Source: Euprymna scolopes (lineage: Eukaryota). From it: a stretch of 64,000 nt of DNA. The stretch lies in NCBI GenBank assembly GCA_053919585.1, contig CM132784.1; one strand, written 5' to 3'. Below, piece by piece: positions 13,169 through 24,905 of the stretch. How positions within the stretch are numbered: the first letter of the stretch is position 1; every line of letters starts with the position of its first letter. Below the pieces are notes generated by a model. It did not search any database, was not told where the DNA came from, and saw only the letters and a program-made list of their open reading frames with translations. Both the position numbers and the translations under genes were made by a program.

Positions 13169-13627
13169 TTTGGTTCTTCTTCATTATTGTAACGAAATTC
13201 GAAAATCAAAATATGTAATTTCAAGTTAAATTAATGATATCTACTGAATTGTCATGTCACAGTCATGAAAAGGTCCAAAAAAATAAATAAATAAAAAAAA
13301 TAAGGGAACAAATTATTAATGAAAATGATTTTTAAAGACAATTAGCGAAAATTTAAAAACTAAAGAAACCAGAAATTCTAATTGTAACAAAAGGAAGGTA
13401 AATATTTTCGGATACCTGAAAATATTTAACCAATTCAGCAAAATTTAATTTTTGTTAATTGTTTTTGGAAACTTTTCATTAATAATTGATTTTCTACTTT
13501 ATTGTTGTTCATAATTTTTTGATATGTTCATTACTGTGACGTGACAGTTTAGTAGATACTATTGGTTTCACTTGAAATTCAATATTTTGATTTTCGAATT
13601 TCTTTCCAATAATGAAGAAGCACTAAA
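13169..13627. repeat. Foldback / long inverted repeat (MITE-like), about 220-bp arms
   Basis: cttcttcattattg..gaaattcgaaaatcaaaata.. pairs with ..tattttgattttcgaatttc..caataatgaagaag; central hairpin taaatattttcgg/ctgaaaatattta. Confidence 0.85.
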
Positions 13628-14220
13628 ACTTCATTGTTGCTGTTTTCATCTATCTATATAATTTACTCTTAATGATATTTTTTGAGTCTAAGTTTAATAT
13701 TAAGAAAAAATGCTTCTTCCATATAAAGTCCTTGTCAGCTAAATATTCTTTAAATTAAACAAATTTCTCTTTTTTACTTAATTATTGAAACTTGTAATGA
13801 TTTAAATCTTTTAAAATTAATATTTACTTTTAACCACAACAATAATTGTTAATTGTTAGCAAACTATTAAAAAAAAAAAAAAATGAATACATAGTTTTTA
13901 GCATCAGTTCTGCCAACTGTATAACAGGTTTAGAACAATACATTTTAAAATGAAGTTGGAATTTTTTTTTTACAATAATTTATTAGTTATTTGCATATTT
14001 CATCCTTTGTCAGAGGATCTCATTTTTAAAAATGAGTGTGAAAGGTGACAATATAGGTACACATGTACACAAGCATATTCTCATGCAAAGAAATAAAATT
14101 AATTTCTAATAAATAGAATAATGACATGTTTCTTAACTATCAAAAATTACTTATTGTAGTTTATACAAAGAATTTGCAATAAACTTAATTTTTGTAAATT
14201 GACTAAAATATGCTTTAGAA

Positions 14221-14264
<44 letters not shown>

Positions 14265-15107
14265 TTATAAAGTTGAGTTTTTTTTTTTTTTTTAGACCTA
14301 CTTTTTCTATTTAATAATTATTAAAGCAAACTTCTATACTCAGTCATGGATATGCTAGCAACTATTTGAAGCTTAGTAATTTGCATATTCTTTTGAAAAA
14401 CAAGTGTTAATTAATTACTTATTCATTTTTTATGGTTTCTTAATAGATGATTGGTTTCATTTCATTGTTACATTGAATTCTGTTTATGCATAGTTTCTAC
14501 GTTCTGCATAATTATGTCTAATTTAAGATGAAGACATTGTAGCATATGGAAATATTTTTATATATATAAAAAGTGACCTTGTCATTGTGTGTGCAAAAAG
14601 TCTACCAAACTCCTATCTGAATATTTGGTCTATAGAGGTGGAATTTGATATATAGGGTATTGGGACCTGTAGTACACTTTTGATTTGGGTTTTAAGCAGT
14701 AAAATAGCTGCTAAGGGATCAAAATTGAAAAAAAAATAAATAAATAAATAGGCATTAACCTTCACCTGGCGTTAGTTGGTTACACACGTTTTTTTTTCTG
14801 TACATATGTTTATTAAAAAGTTATAGGTCAAATAACATTTTGCAGTTTTTGTATACATATAGATTTAGATTGTACGTTAACGGATAGGGCTGGAGAGCTA
14901 TGTTTTGGTTTCCATTCTAACTGATGGTACACAAGTCATTTATTTTTTACTTTTGAAATCATTACTATATAATAGGTGCGATATAATAATCTATAGAGAA
15001 TTGGCTCTATTATAATAAATACGAATGTTGCATTAATTAAAATATTTAAGCATATTTTTCGACTAAGTTATGCCGGGCTGCCTGAGAGAGATATATATAT
15101 ATATGTA

Positions 15108-15290
15108 TTTGAGAATGCCAGATGCTGTATATGGGAGGGTAACGACCTCTCTCTGCAAAACCATAACGCCATTTTCTCTTACTGGGATATACATGCAGCT
15201 GGGGATTACTTGTGAATTTAAGTTTCCCTAGAAATTTCCTTCTTTGAAGAAAACCAGCTTATCACAAGTCAGCATGAATGCCATGCTAAA
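15108..15290 (+). mobile_element. 5'-truncated 5S-derived SINE (body type A)
   Basis: 3' end of 5S-like head (gagaatgccagatgctgta) followed by body aligning to 40057-40232 (gggatatacatg..ctggggatt..tgtgaattt). Confidence 0.65.
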
Positions 15291-15840
15291 ACTGATCATG
15301 TGTGGCATTATTCTTTTCATCTAAACACCATTATGCTCCCCCCTTTTAACTGAATATATAAAGTTTATTATGTTCAGCTATATTTCAACATTTTCTCATT
15401 TCTCTTGAATAATTATATATTTATTTTTAGCAACTAACCTGAAGATTGATAATTGGATTGATGACATGTTTATAAAGTCAATAGCTAATCTTGGGAATTG
15501 GGGTATAATATTAAATTTGGGAGGTGTACTAAGTAAAGTTAGTACAATAATAAAAAAAATGAAAGAATTTCCAATCATAAGTTGAAATTCTTGGCTAGTG
15601 AGAAGAATGGGTGTGATTAAGACTTTAAAAATAATTAACAGGATTGCTCTTAATTTATTTGATAAAGATTCCAAAAACTACATTTACCAAACAATTTCTT
15701 TTTTTTAACAAATTATATTGTTTCAAATAGTTCTCATTTTAAAAAATAAACTGGATGAATTCAGAAATAATGGCAAAAAAAATCAAATGTTCATGAAAAT
15801 TTGAGGGTCTATCTGATGAAATGTTTAAGAGAATTTTGTG

Positions 15841-15847
<7 letters not shown>

Positions 15848-15907
<60 letters not shown>
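15848..15907. repeat. (TA)n microsatellite
   Basis: Direct reading. Confidence 0.95.
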
Positions 15908-15910
<3 letters not shown>

Positions 15911-16028
15911 GTGAGATTTTTAAAAATAAGTTAATTACAAGATGTACCCAAAGAGGCATAATAGATTTTTCGAAAATTGTCTTTGACAAATGTTGATTTT
16001 TAAACTTTATATATTTTTTTCTCTTTAG

Positions 16029-16118
16029 GATCCATCAGATTCGGAATCTGTGTCCGATAGCAGCAGTATATCTGGAAATGAAGAGAACGGCAATGAAGGA
16101 GATATTGAAAATAACCAG
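16029..16118 (+). CDS. RERE: RERE exon 6 (acidic), ends at GC donor
   Basis: ctctttag| acceptor; DPSDSESVSDSSSISGNEENGNEGDIENNQ; CAG|gcaagt, with an in-frame TAA three codons later. Confidence 0.82.
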
Positions 16119-16899
16119 GCAAGTTAAATCTAAATATGCCATTTCAAAATGAATTCATGTAAAGAACACCTGAGAACTCTCCTGCAAACCGCAATTCTTC
16201 TGGCACTATGTAGCCATTATGTTATTTGGTATAAAATATCTAATGAATCTCACCCTTTTGATCTAATCTATTTTGTAGTAATTTGACTGTTTTACAAATG
16301 GGATAGGGTTTTTATTAGTATAATGGATGTGTCAGACTCTATGAAGATTTGCTATGGGCAAAAATAGCAACTTGTGTTCAATTAATGTTACTTCTATGAA
16401 AAAAATAAAAATAAAACGGTATATTGGAAAGCACAAATTGGAAGTGTAAAAAGTGAATTTAAGACCTGCCTCTTTCTGTCTACACTACCAACTGCATATA
16501 TCTGTCAAAACAAAAAGGTAAACTCATCACTGTAGAAACTTTTAGAACTGGTGTTGAATAAGTGAGATTCACTATGAACTTCAGGGGAAAAAAACCTGTA
16601 TCATTTTTGCTTTTTGTACTTGAAGTCAACATGTTTATTTGGAGTTATGCAAAAATCTCCATTTCACAAATAATTGGGATTACAGCAATGTCTTAAATAT
16701 ATTTTATCCTTTTAGAATCAAAATCGGTATGACCCAACATCAAGACTTGCAGGTTTATCATCTCTATCACCTGCTAGGATCAAGCTTAATCAACATCTTT
16801 TGTGTTAAATTATGTCTCAAGATTTCTAGCCGAGTCGGTCTGGTCAAGTCATTCACTGAAATGGAACAAACGCATTATGGAAAATCTAATAAGTTACAA

Positions 16900-17213
16900 A
16901 TTAGTTTAGAAACATTTTATTCGTATTATTTGGGTTGGTTGAACTACTGTTCTAATCTCGAGTGTGATTTTCACAACGTTTTGGTTAATTTAACCTTCGA
17001 CCTCCTTCAGGTATATCTTGTTGAACTTGAGAATTTGGACAGAATTTCAAGCGGAACTCTTGTTCCGTCAGCCATGACTGCATAGAGGTCCTAAGTAATT
17101 CACACTTGTATTTTTTGCTTGTCCACACTGAGGATTAAACCTCCAACCTTCAGGAGAATATCACTTATTACAATTGATTTTTCCAAGTATTCTAATCACT
17201 GCGCCACTGGTCC
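16900..17213 (-). mobile_element. tRNA-headed SINE-like element with Penelope-type hammerhead tail
   Basis: A-box/B-box head at 17121-17213, body shared with 21553-21842, degenerate hammerhead at 16972-17013. Confidence 0.65.
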
Positions 17214-17314
17214 TTGCACAAGCCCCGATGGTGCAGTGGTTAGAGTACTTGGAAAAACCGATTGTAATAAGTGATATTCTCCTCAAGGTTGGAGGTTCAA
17301 TCCTCAGTGTGGGC
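17121..17314. repeat. 90-bp inverted repeat made of two divergent tRNA-like heads
   Basis: 17121-17210 vs 17225-17314: 80/90 identical as reverse complements, 14-nt spacer. Confidence 0.93.
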
Positions 17315-18006
17315 GACTGATCCAAATAATATGGATAACCAATCCTCATCTCAAATTCAGAAACCTTTTTTTTTTTTTTTCTATTACAATTAATGATGAT
17401 ATTGCTTTTCAATGTTGTCATTAATACCTTTTAGTAATCTTTATAATAAATAGTAAGTTTGGCAACTCTAAGTCATATTCTATGTTGCAATCCTGGTTGG
17501 TGTTTGTTGAGAAAGACTTAAACATGAATTATCTGCAAAATTACAAAAGTTTGTAAGAGTTTTGTGAGTTACAGTGCAACGGTTTGGAACTGAGTTTGTT
17601 TCAATCTTTTCATTTTCAAATTTAAAATAATTGTTCTCAAGAAGATCTGATTATCCTTTAATCTAATTGCCTATTCATATCATAGGTAACTAATTGTAAT
17701 ATCTATCATCATCTGTCTGTAGAAGTTAAAATACATAATCTGCAGATGGTTGATATGCAGTTTGAATCTGAGACCATAGCATGGTTGTATTATAACTCAA
17801 TATTTGTTTCTTTCTACGTTTATAACATTGAAAATTTTTCCTTATTAAAACTAGTTAATCTTAAGTATGACTAAATTAATCCTTCCATCACTTTTGACTT
17901 GTAAAGAATTAGAAGAGAATGCATTTCTACCAAATTCTTTTCTTTATTATAATGCCATATTAGTTTGACGATTGATTTAATGTTTTCATTTCCTTCTCTT
18001 TGCCAG

Positions 18007-19799
18007 GATGATTTGAGTTCTAATTCACCACCAAGTACTCCAAGTCCGGCAGATACTTTAGTGTGCAAACCTCAACTAGCATCTCAGCTAGAGACCACAC
18101 TTCCAGCTCCTTCATCTACTGATAGCCCCCGGGGGGATGCCCAGACAGTGCCTACTGAGTGCCCCATTCCTCCACCGCCAACAGCGGTGACACCCCCCTC
18201 TTCAATCACACAACGGGCCCCGTCACCTCCACAACAACCTCCCCCACTTCCACCGCCGCCGGCCCCTCAACAACAACAACAGCCCCCATCTCCACTTCAA
18301 CCCCAGACCCAGTTACCCCCACAACAACCACCTGTGCCCCCAGTTTCAACAGTACCAAGTTCCCATCCTGCACCTGCCTTGCAGGACGAAGAGGAGTTTA
18401 ATTCTCAGCGAAAACCAGTGTTGTCAGAGCAACCTCTGGTTGAAATTAAGCAGGAGCCAAGAGACATTGTTGAGAATACTCCCCCACCCCCGCCACCACC
18501 ATGGCCACACTTGTCGCAGCAGCATCACCATCTTCCGCCATCAGGTGGTAGCTCGGGCCACATGCCTAGTGCCCTTCAGCACCCAACTCTTCATTCCCAC
18601 TCTCTGCCGCCACCTCCGCTACAAATCAAGCAAGAGGTGCACTCCCCTGTACCCGGACCAGAACCGCCTACACAGCGATGGGAATATTCACACATGGACC
18701 GTTATCCATTTCCTCATCCATTGCAGCATCAACAACCGCTTTCATCACAAGGACCGCCTCCATCATCTGGCCACACGGCTCATTCATCACCACATTCACT
18801 ACAGACTGCAGTTTCTGCACACCAAACCTCACAACAACAGCTACACCACCAGCAACAACAACACCATCATCAGCAACAACAACAGCAGCAGCAGCAACAA
18901 CAACAGCAGCATTCACAACAACAGCAGCATTCACAACAACAGCAGCATTCACAACAGCAACAACAACAGCAGCAACAACAGCAACAACAACAGCAGCAAC
19001 AACAGCAGCAACAGCAGTCATCTCTGCAACCCCCACTTCCTCCTTCCTCTCATCATATGTCAATGCATCAGTCTTTGCATCATCATCAACAGTCGATGCA
19101 CATGGCGCAATCACAACTATCGCAGGGGCCTAACCAGCCACCACCGCAACCGCCACCACCGCTGCCACCACCGCCTCCACAGCATCCTCCACCACATCAC
19201 CCATCATCTCGTCACCATCAGTCAACTCCTCCTCCCCCTCCTCCTCCGCTTCCTCCTCCTTCTCATCATCATCAGCATCCCTCTCAGGGTCAGCAAGGCC
19301 CACCACAACCGCCATTACCACCTCTTCCGCACCACCCACACCCTCTTGGCCCACACTCGCAGTCACATCATCCAGCATTGTCCCAAAAGCATCATCAGTC
19401 GTTACCTCCCCATTCGGTGCTGCCTCCCTTGCAGCAGCAGTGTATGCCACCACTTTCTCAGACTCATTCTTCGACTACCGTTGGCAGCGTGGAAATTAAG
19501 AAGGAGCCCGAGGAATACCAGCTGAAGCCGACACCTCCATCTCCCAAAACCACGGCGCAAGGATTGGCCCCCGAGTTGACCAATAAATGTTTGGACATTA
19601 AGGATGTGGTTACCTCTATGCCACTTCCGCCTCCTCAACCCCTGCTGCCTCATTCTCATCCTCTGGGGACAGACACCCCGAAGGATTCTCAATATGAAAG
19701 GGACTCTGATAGCAATGATGATGAGTGCCAGAGGCAACCTAGTCCAGAACCAGATCCGACACCATGCAATAAGGAATTCCATAAAAGCAAAAATGCGAT
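18007..19799 (+). CDS. RERE: RERE exon 7: 1793-nt Pro/Gln/His-rich exon with polyQ
   Basis: ORF 17965-19803; tttgccag| acceptor, AT|gtaagt donor; ends in RQPSPEPDPTPCNKEFHKSKNA, which joins the atrophin motif in exon 8. Confidence 0.93.
18832..19017 (+). repeat. CAA/CAG polyglutamine tract interrupted by His and 3x 18-nt QQQQHS units
   Basis: Direct reading: (caacaacagcagcattca)x3 embedded in mixed CAA/CAG. Confidence 0.95.
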
Positions 19800-20349
19800 G
19801 TAAGTATTGCATGTACATACACACACATAATTGGGAATATTTATTTGAAAAATATTATATTTATTAATTATTTCACGTTATAAGGAGATATGTTTTATGT
19901 ATCAACTTTCAGTATTTACTTCAATAATGCTCAATACGTGAGTAGAGCTAGGTAGTAGGTAAGCTTAATTGCTACATATTTTCATAAACTTACTACACAA
20001 ATGTATATAGGTTTTATTTTTATTTCATCTGGCTACAATCTATTAATTCTATACACTTTATTTTATACATCTGTATGTATGTAGATTTTGCTATTATTTT
20101 TATTCCATGTAATTTTTTAAGTGTATCCAAGAATTTTGTAAAGTTGCTTTGAAGGAAAGGATACCATTACACAAAAGAAAATATCTTAGATGAAGTATTT
20201 GTTAATTTGTATTTGAAGGTGTTATACATATCAGTAAACTGTAAGGAAAAAAAAAAGAGCTAATCCTGTTTGAACCAACATGAGTCCCCACCCCGATTAT
20301 TTAAAGTGAACTTAATCTTGCAACATAATAAATCTGCTCCTTTTTTAGC

Positions 20350-20590
20350 TTATAGGACTGATACTTAATTCCTATTATATGCCACCAACTATAACAGATG
20401 GCCTGAACTACCAGCATGACATACCACTAGTCTGTCGCCGATTATGTTCTCAGCATGACTGGTACCCTTTCATTTACTTGGTTGAATTGTTTACTTACAG
20501 TGCTTAATATTCCTAAATCGTCACCCATCTAAGTGGTAACCAGAATCATTGCTTAACTTTAGTGATCTTAAAGAAATTGTGTGCCGACAG
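20350..20590 (-). mobile_element. Degenerate 5S-derived SINE (body type C)
   Basis: Reverse complement of cacccatctaagtggtaaccag..ttgcttaactttagtgatct matches the 5S box A/box C region; different body (caaccaagtaaatgaaagggtacc). Confidence 0.55.
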
Positions 20591-21359
20591 AATTTAAATC
20601 ATTGCTCTATTTAAACAGTGTACTCTTACCCTTAATTATATATTTTTTTTATTTTGAATGTATTAATATTGAGTAAACTGAACTTTCAGATTATCACAAA
20701 AACGATTTAGAAGAATGTATTTTAAATGTTTTCGAGGGGTAGAAGTGAGGGGGGGGGCATCATTACATCATTCCGACTTATAGTGATCCCACCTGTGTTA
20801 ACCTTTAGGAGTTTAAATTGAAAATTTATTTCATTTGTGAACAGTAACACCTAGTGTGCAAGAATGTAAAACTTGAAAATGTAACCGAGATTGTAAATAT
20901 TCATATCCTTGCACATTGCATGGTAAAAAAACAGTGCAAACATAGAATGCTATTAAAAATGCAGTTGAATAAAGCATGTCAGGAATTATAAAATTAATTC
21001 AAGAATTAAATTTTGCAATTCATTACTGCATTGGTTTCAACATATACCAATCAAGTCTATGATCTTCAAATTTTTTCATTATTGTAGGCTACAACATTTG
21101 ACTTATTGTAGAGGAGTTAATCTATATAAAATGTTTAGATATAAATACTAATCACTGTAAATGAAAAATGCTTTCATTTGAAGAGTGCCATTATACAGAA
21201 ATGTCTATTTCATGCACTAAAAGTAGCACAGAAATGATTTAAAGCAGCAAAACATTGTCTATTTCTGTTTATCTTTCATTAATTATTGTCTTTTGTGCAT
21301 CATTTGTTAATAATGTGTGAAATGTACAAATTAACAACACAGTAACCAAATCGCTACTA

Positions 21360-21470
21360 TTACGGGCAACTGGAGACTGCCTGTGAGTTGAATATTTTCT
21401 TGACACTTCCTTCTTTGGAGGAAACGGGTTTAAATCACTTAGGGTGAATGCCATACCAACAACAACAAAT
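21360..21470 (+). mobile_element. SINE 3' fragment (body type A) ending in (caa)n
   Basis: cttccttctttggaggaaac..agggtgaatgccat shared with about 15235 and 40175. Confidence 0.55.
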
Positions 21471-21529
21471 CTATACTAGAAAATAAATGAAAATGTCAAT
21501 TACCAAAACAAAACATTTTCAACATATTT

Positions 21530-21842
21530 GGATTCATCTTGAGTGTCATTTTCATAACATTTCAGTCAATGTAACTTCCAACCTTCTTCAGGTGTTTCTT
21601 GTCAAACTCAGGAATGTTTGTTGAATTTGGGAATCTGCACAGAATTTCAAACGGAACCCTTTATTTACTTCATGGGGGTAGCATGTTCTCGTTCTGTCAA
21701 CCATGACTGGATAGAAGCCCTAAGTAATTCGCAATTGTATTTTTCGGTCACCCACGCTGAGGATTGAACCTTCAACCTTCAAAAGCATATCACTTTACAA
21801 TTGAATTTTTCCAAGTACTCTAACCACTGTGCCACAGATCCT
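21530..21842 (-). mobile_element. Second copy of tRNA-headed, hammerhead-tailed SINE-like element
   Basis: Colinear with 16950-17213; hammerhead core CTGAAGA..GAAA intact at 21553-21594. Confidence 0.7.
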
Positions 21843-22229
21843 CGCAAGTAAAGCATTTTAAACTAAAAAAAACCCTCCTACATCCTTGTAAATATTAAGT
21901 CCACCTGGTTTTTTATTTTTAAAAGAACTAGATGCAAAATAAACATAATGTAGATCATTTATTTCATGTATATGCATGGATGAAATTTCTTGATACTAAA
22001 AGAAATAACATATAATAATATATAACTCATAATATATAACATATAACTCATTAGTTCTTGTATTTTTAAGAGTCAATAAAGTTTAATGGCATTCTAGATA
22101 ATTCATTTTCCTTTCAAAATGTCTTTCAAAAATGCACAGGGCAAATAATTTTTTGTGCTGAAAAGCCTTTTTTTACTTGGATGCTAGTTACTATAATTCT
22201 AAGCAATGTTTATACATTCATCATATTAT

Positions 22230-22490
22230 CATTATAGTCAGTTTAATGTCTGTTTTACATTTACATTAAGAAGTTGAATTAAAAAACTAACCTTATTTTT
22301 GGCCTTTATCCCACTTTCTCTCAAGTTAATTTTTATTATATCCTTCAATGTTTTGCTTGGTCTTCTCTTACCAATTAACCCTGCTATCTCAACTTTTCTA
22401 CATCTAACTCCAGAATTCTCATCCATACTTTTCATGTGGCCATAACATCTCCCTATCCTGTCCAGGTTTATTATTGCTTCAAAATATTAG
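22230..22490 (-). mobile_element. RTE-like LINE 3' remnant
   Basis: CYGHMKSMDENSGVRCRKVEIAGLIGKRRPSKTLKDII resembles the RTE C-terminal WxGH..GRP..W motif. Confidence 0.55.
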
Positions 22491-23544
22491 AATTGTTTGT
22501 AGACTTCAGTTGTTAATATCTTGATTTCTTCATTTTTTTTTATTGCACTAGTATGTCCATTTATGAATTTATAGTCAGCTTGGAAAGTAGATGAGACAGT
22601 AATAACACTTGTTTTTACTTTTCTTTTTATTTCATTTTCTGTTTTACTTGTGATGCCTATAAAATAATCTTCTATATAAGTGTTTAATATAATTTCTGAA
22701 AAGAATGGGTCCAGAGATCTTTAAACTTCCTTTTCTTGTGTAAATAACTCGGAGGAGTTATGGTTTTGGCATTTCTTCTCTTAATATACAGAAGTAAAAA
22801 CCTTTTATGAAGAGCCAAAGGGTTGCAAACAATATTAAGTTTATCCATTAAAAGTTCTATAGAATATTCCGCTTGTCATATGTCCGTTTTGCTGATTATC
22901 ATAAGAAAACTGGATTCAAAAGATTTTATAAAATCGTTTTTGAGCCTTTCTTCAAACCATGTAGATTACAGTTCAATTGTTAGTTATAATTGTTAGAATA
23001 TTAGTAATTCTCTCTATGATACATCAGAAGCAAATCAGTATTATTGACATTTATCTACCCGCATACACATGTAGGATATGACATAATATTGTACACTTAG
23101 TAAAGAGTTCCAAGGGAATCTTAGTATTATGGAATAATTGCAATGTAGTAATTACAGTGTGATGTGTAAAAATAATGTTAAAAACAGAAATTTCCCCATA
23201 AGGCTAGATGAATGAGAAACACTAAAATAATTATTAAAATCCAATAATTTTCTTCTTACTGTCATCGTGACAACTGTTAATAACAAAAAAAAGAGTGGAT
23301 GAACTACCATTGTGTCATCTACACAAGATTCCAGTTTATGTGAAGAGTTGCTGTCTACTGTAGTGCTAGACTAGGATAAGTATTCTAACTAGGAAAAAAT
23401 AATGGTGTCTGAACTTGAAGATGTATCTAGCGAAATATTTAAGAGAATATGATTTGCATGCTGATACTGCATATCTGCTTTCTGAAGTTAAATGAATTAA
23501 GGATTATGAAAATCTTCAATAAAGCTACACAAGTTGTTATTTGA

Positions 23545-23690
23545 TTCGGCGCTGATTATAGAATTGGTGATGCCAAGTTCAACCCTATATGATTGTTTAG
23601 CTTTGCACTAACAACATTGGAAAATGTATGAACTCGCAATATCCCTCCAACTTGTGGTAAAAGATCAACTTTGATCAATTAAGCATGTAT
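23545..23690 (+). mobile_element. Degenerate tRNA-derived SINE
   Basis: B-box-like agttcaaccc followed by tttgcactaacaacattggaaaatgtatgaact, shared with about 30570 and (minus) about 52790. Confidence 0.45.
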
Positions 23691-24429
23691 CCACAGTGTA
23701 TATTGTTTCAGCATTAGATAAGCTCCACCCACTCCTACTCCAAAAATATATGTTGATATGGTATACAACAAATAAAACCTATCAACTCAAATGGTACTAC
23801 TCACTACCTCCTTCAGGGCATTTTGTGATTCAAAATCATCTTATATTTTTATTTGCTGATTCATGAGACATAAAAGAACATTTTGGTTTAATTTGTTAAC
23901 AATATTAAGAGTAATTAAATTGAAATTTGTTTAGATTATTACTCATTATATAGAAGGTCTTACATTTAAAACAACAACTATTTATGTACAATATTCATAT
24001 ACAGTCATATTCCCTGTATCCATTGAATGACTATTTTTAGTTTTATGATTATAGCTGAAGCAATCAGAGGATTGCTATTTTTACTGAAAATGCTAAATCC
24101 TGTATATTTCAACAAGGAGATAGAAAGGGCAAAAATCTAACAATGAAACTAATGCAGATGTAGGAAACACACATGCATAAAGTAGTCACACAATTTTAAC
24201 AATATTGAGACAATGTACTTCACCTACTGTAGCAATAAATACATTTTTTTTTACAATCATTATATCAAAATCACCTTTTACTATCAGTTGATATCCCCAT
24301 ACAATGTCAGATTCTTAGCTACATTGGAAAAACACTACAAAATTATCTAATCATTTTTTAGATAACTAATTATCAACTAATTTTACAAAATATGTTACAA
24401 TGACTATTTATCATGATAGATCTTATTTC

Positions 24430-24500
24430 ATACAAATTCCCAAATTGAACAAGATACACCTGAAGAAGGTCAAAGGTTACATAAGCCGATACATTTTTAG
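24430..24500 (+). mobile_element. Penelope-type tail fragment with degenerate hammerhead
   Basis: caaattcccaaattgaacaagatacacCTGAAGAaggtcaaaggttacataagccGATAc, same family as the 16972 and 21553 copies. Confidence 0.6.
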
Positions 24501-24905
24501 AATAATATATGACTGTGTTTTGCATTCAAACTGGTGTAATTCTTTACAAATAGAAACATTGAAATTTCATTTGGAAATTTTATTTCTTTTATTAGTAAAA
24601 AAATTGAGAGAATACGAAAAGCTAATGAAAAGAACTTTCTTTATCTTGCCTTATAAAACACATGTTTAAAGACATTAATATGTACATAATACATATATTA
24701 ATTTAAATCTGTATATTTCTATTTCCTATAGAAAGAAAAGTTACAGAAACTATACAAAATCTAAAAATGTATTTTTATGTCAAATCTATCAGGGACAGCT
24801 ATTTTTATGAGATTTAAATCATGTATACAATATTCTGGAAAAAATAATGGAAGTCGTCCTAGATCTTTGTTATTCATGATGTTCCAGATCTTTTTAGTTT
24901 AAAAA

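Noticed and set aside
16639-17085. 148-aa ORF
   Set aside because: Antisense to the SINE/Penelope-like repeat, TTG start, no recognisable domain.
17222-17316. Functional tRNA gene
   Set aside because: Acceptor and anticodon stems do not pair convincingly; repeated as part of a mobile element.
18440-19525. 361-aa, 151-aa and antisense ORFs overlapping exon 7
   Set aside because: Stop-free shadows of CAA/CAG/CCN low-complexity coding sequence; translations are poly-N/S, poly-T/A or poly-V/A with no domain.
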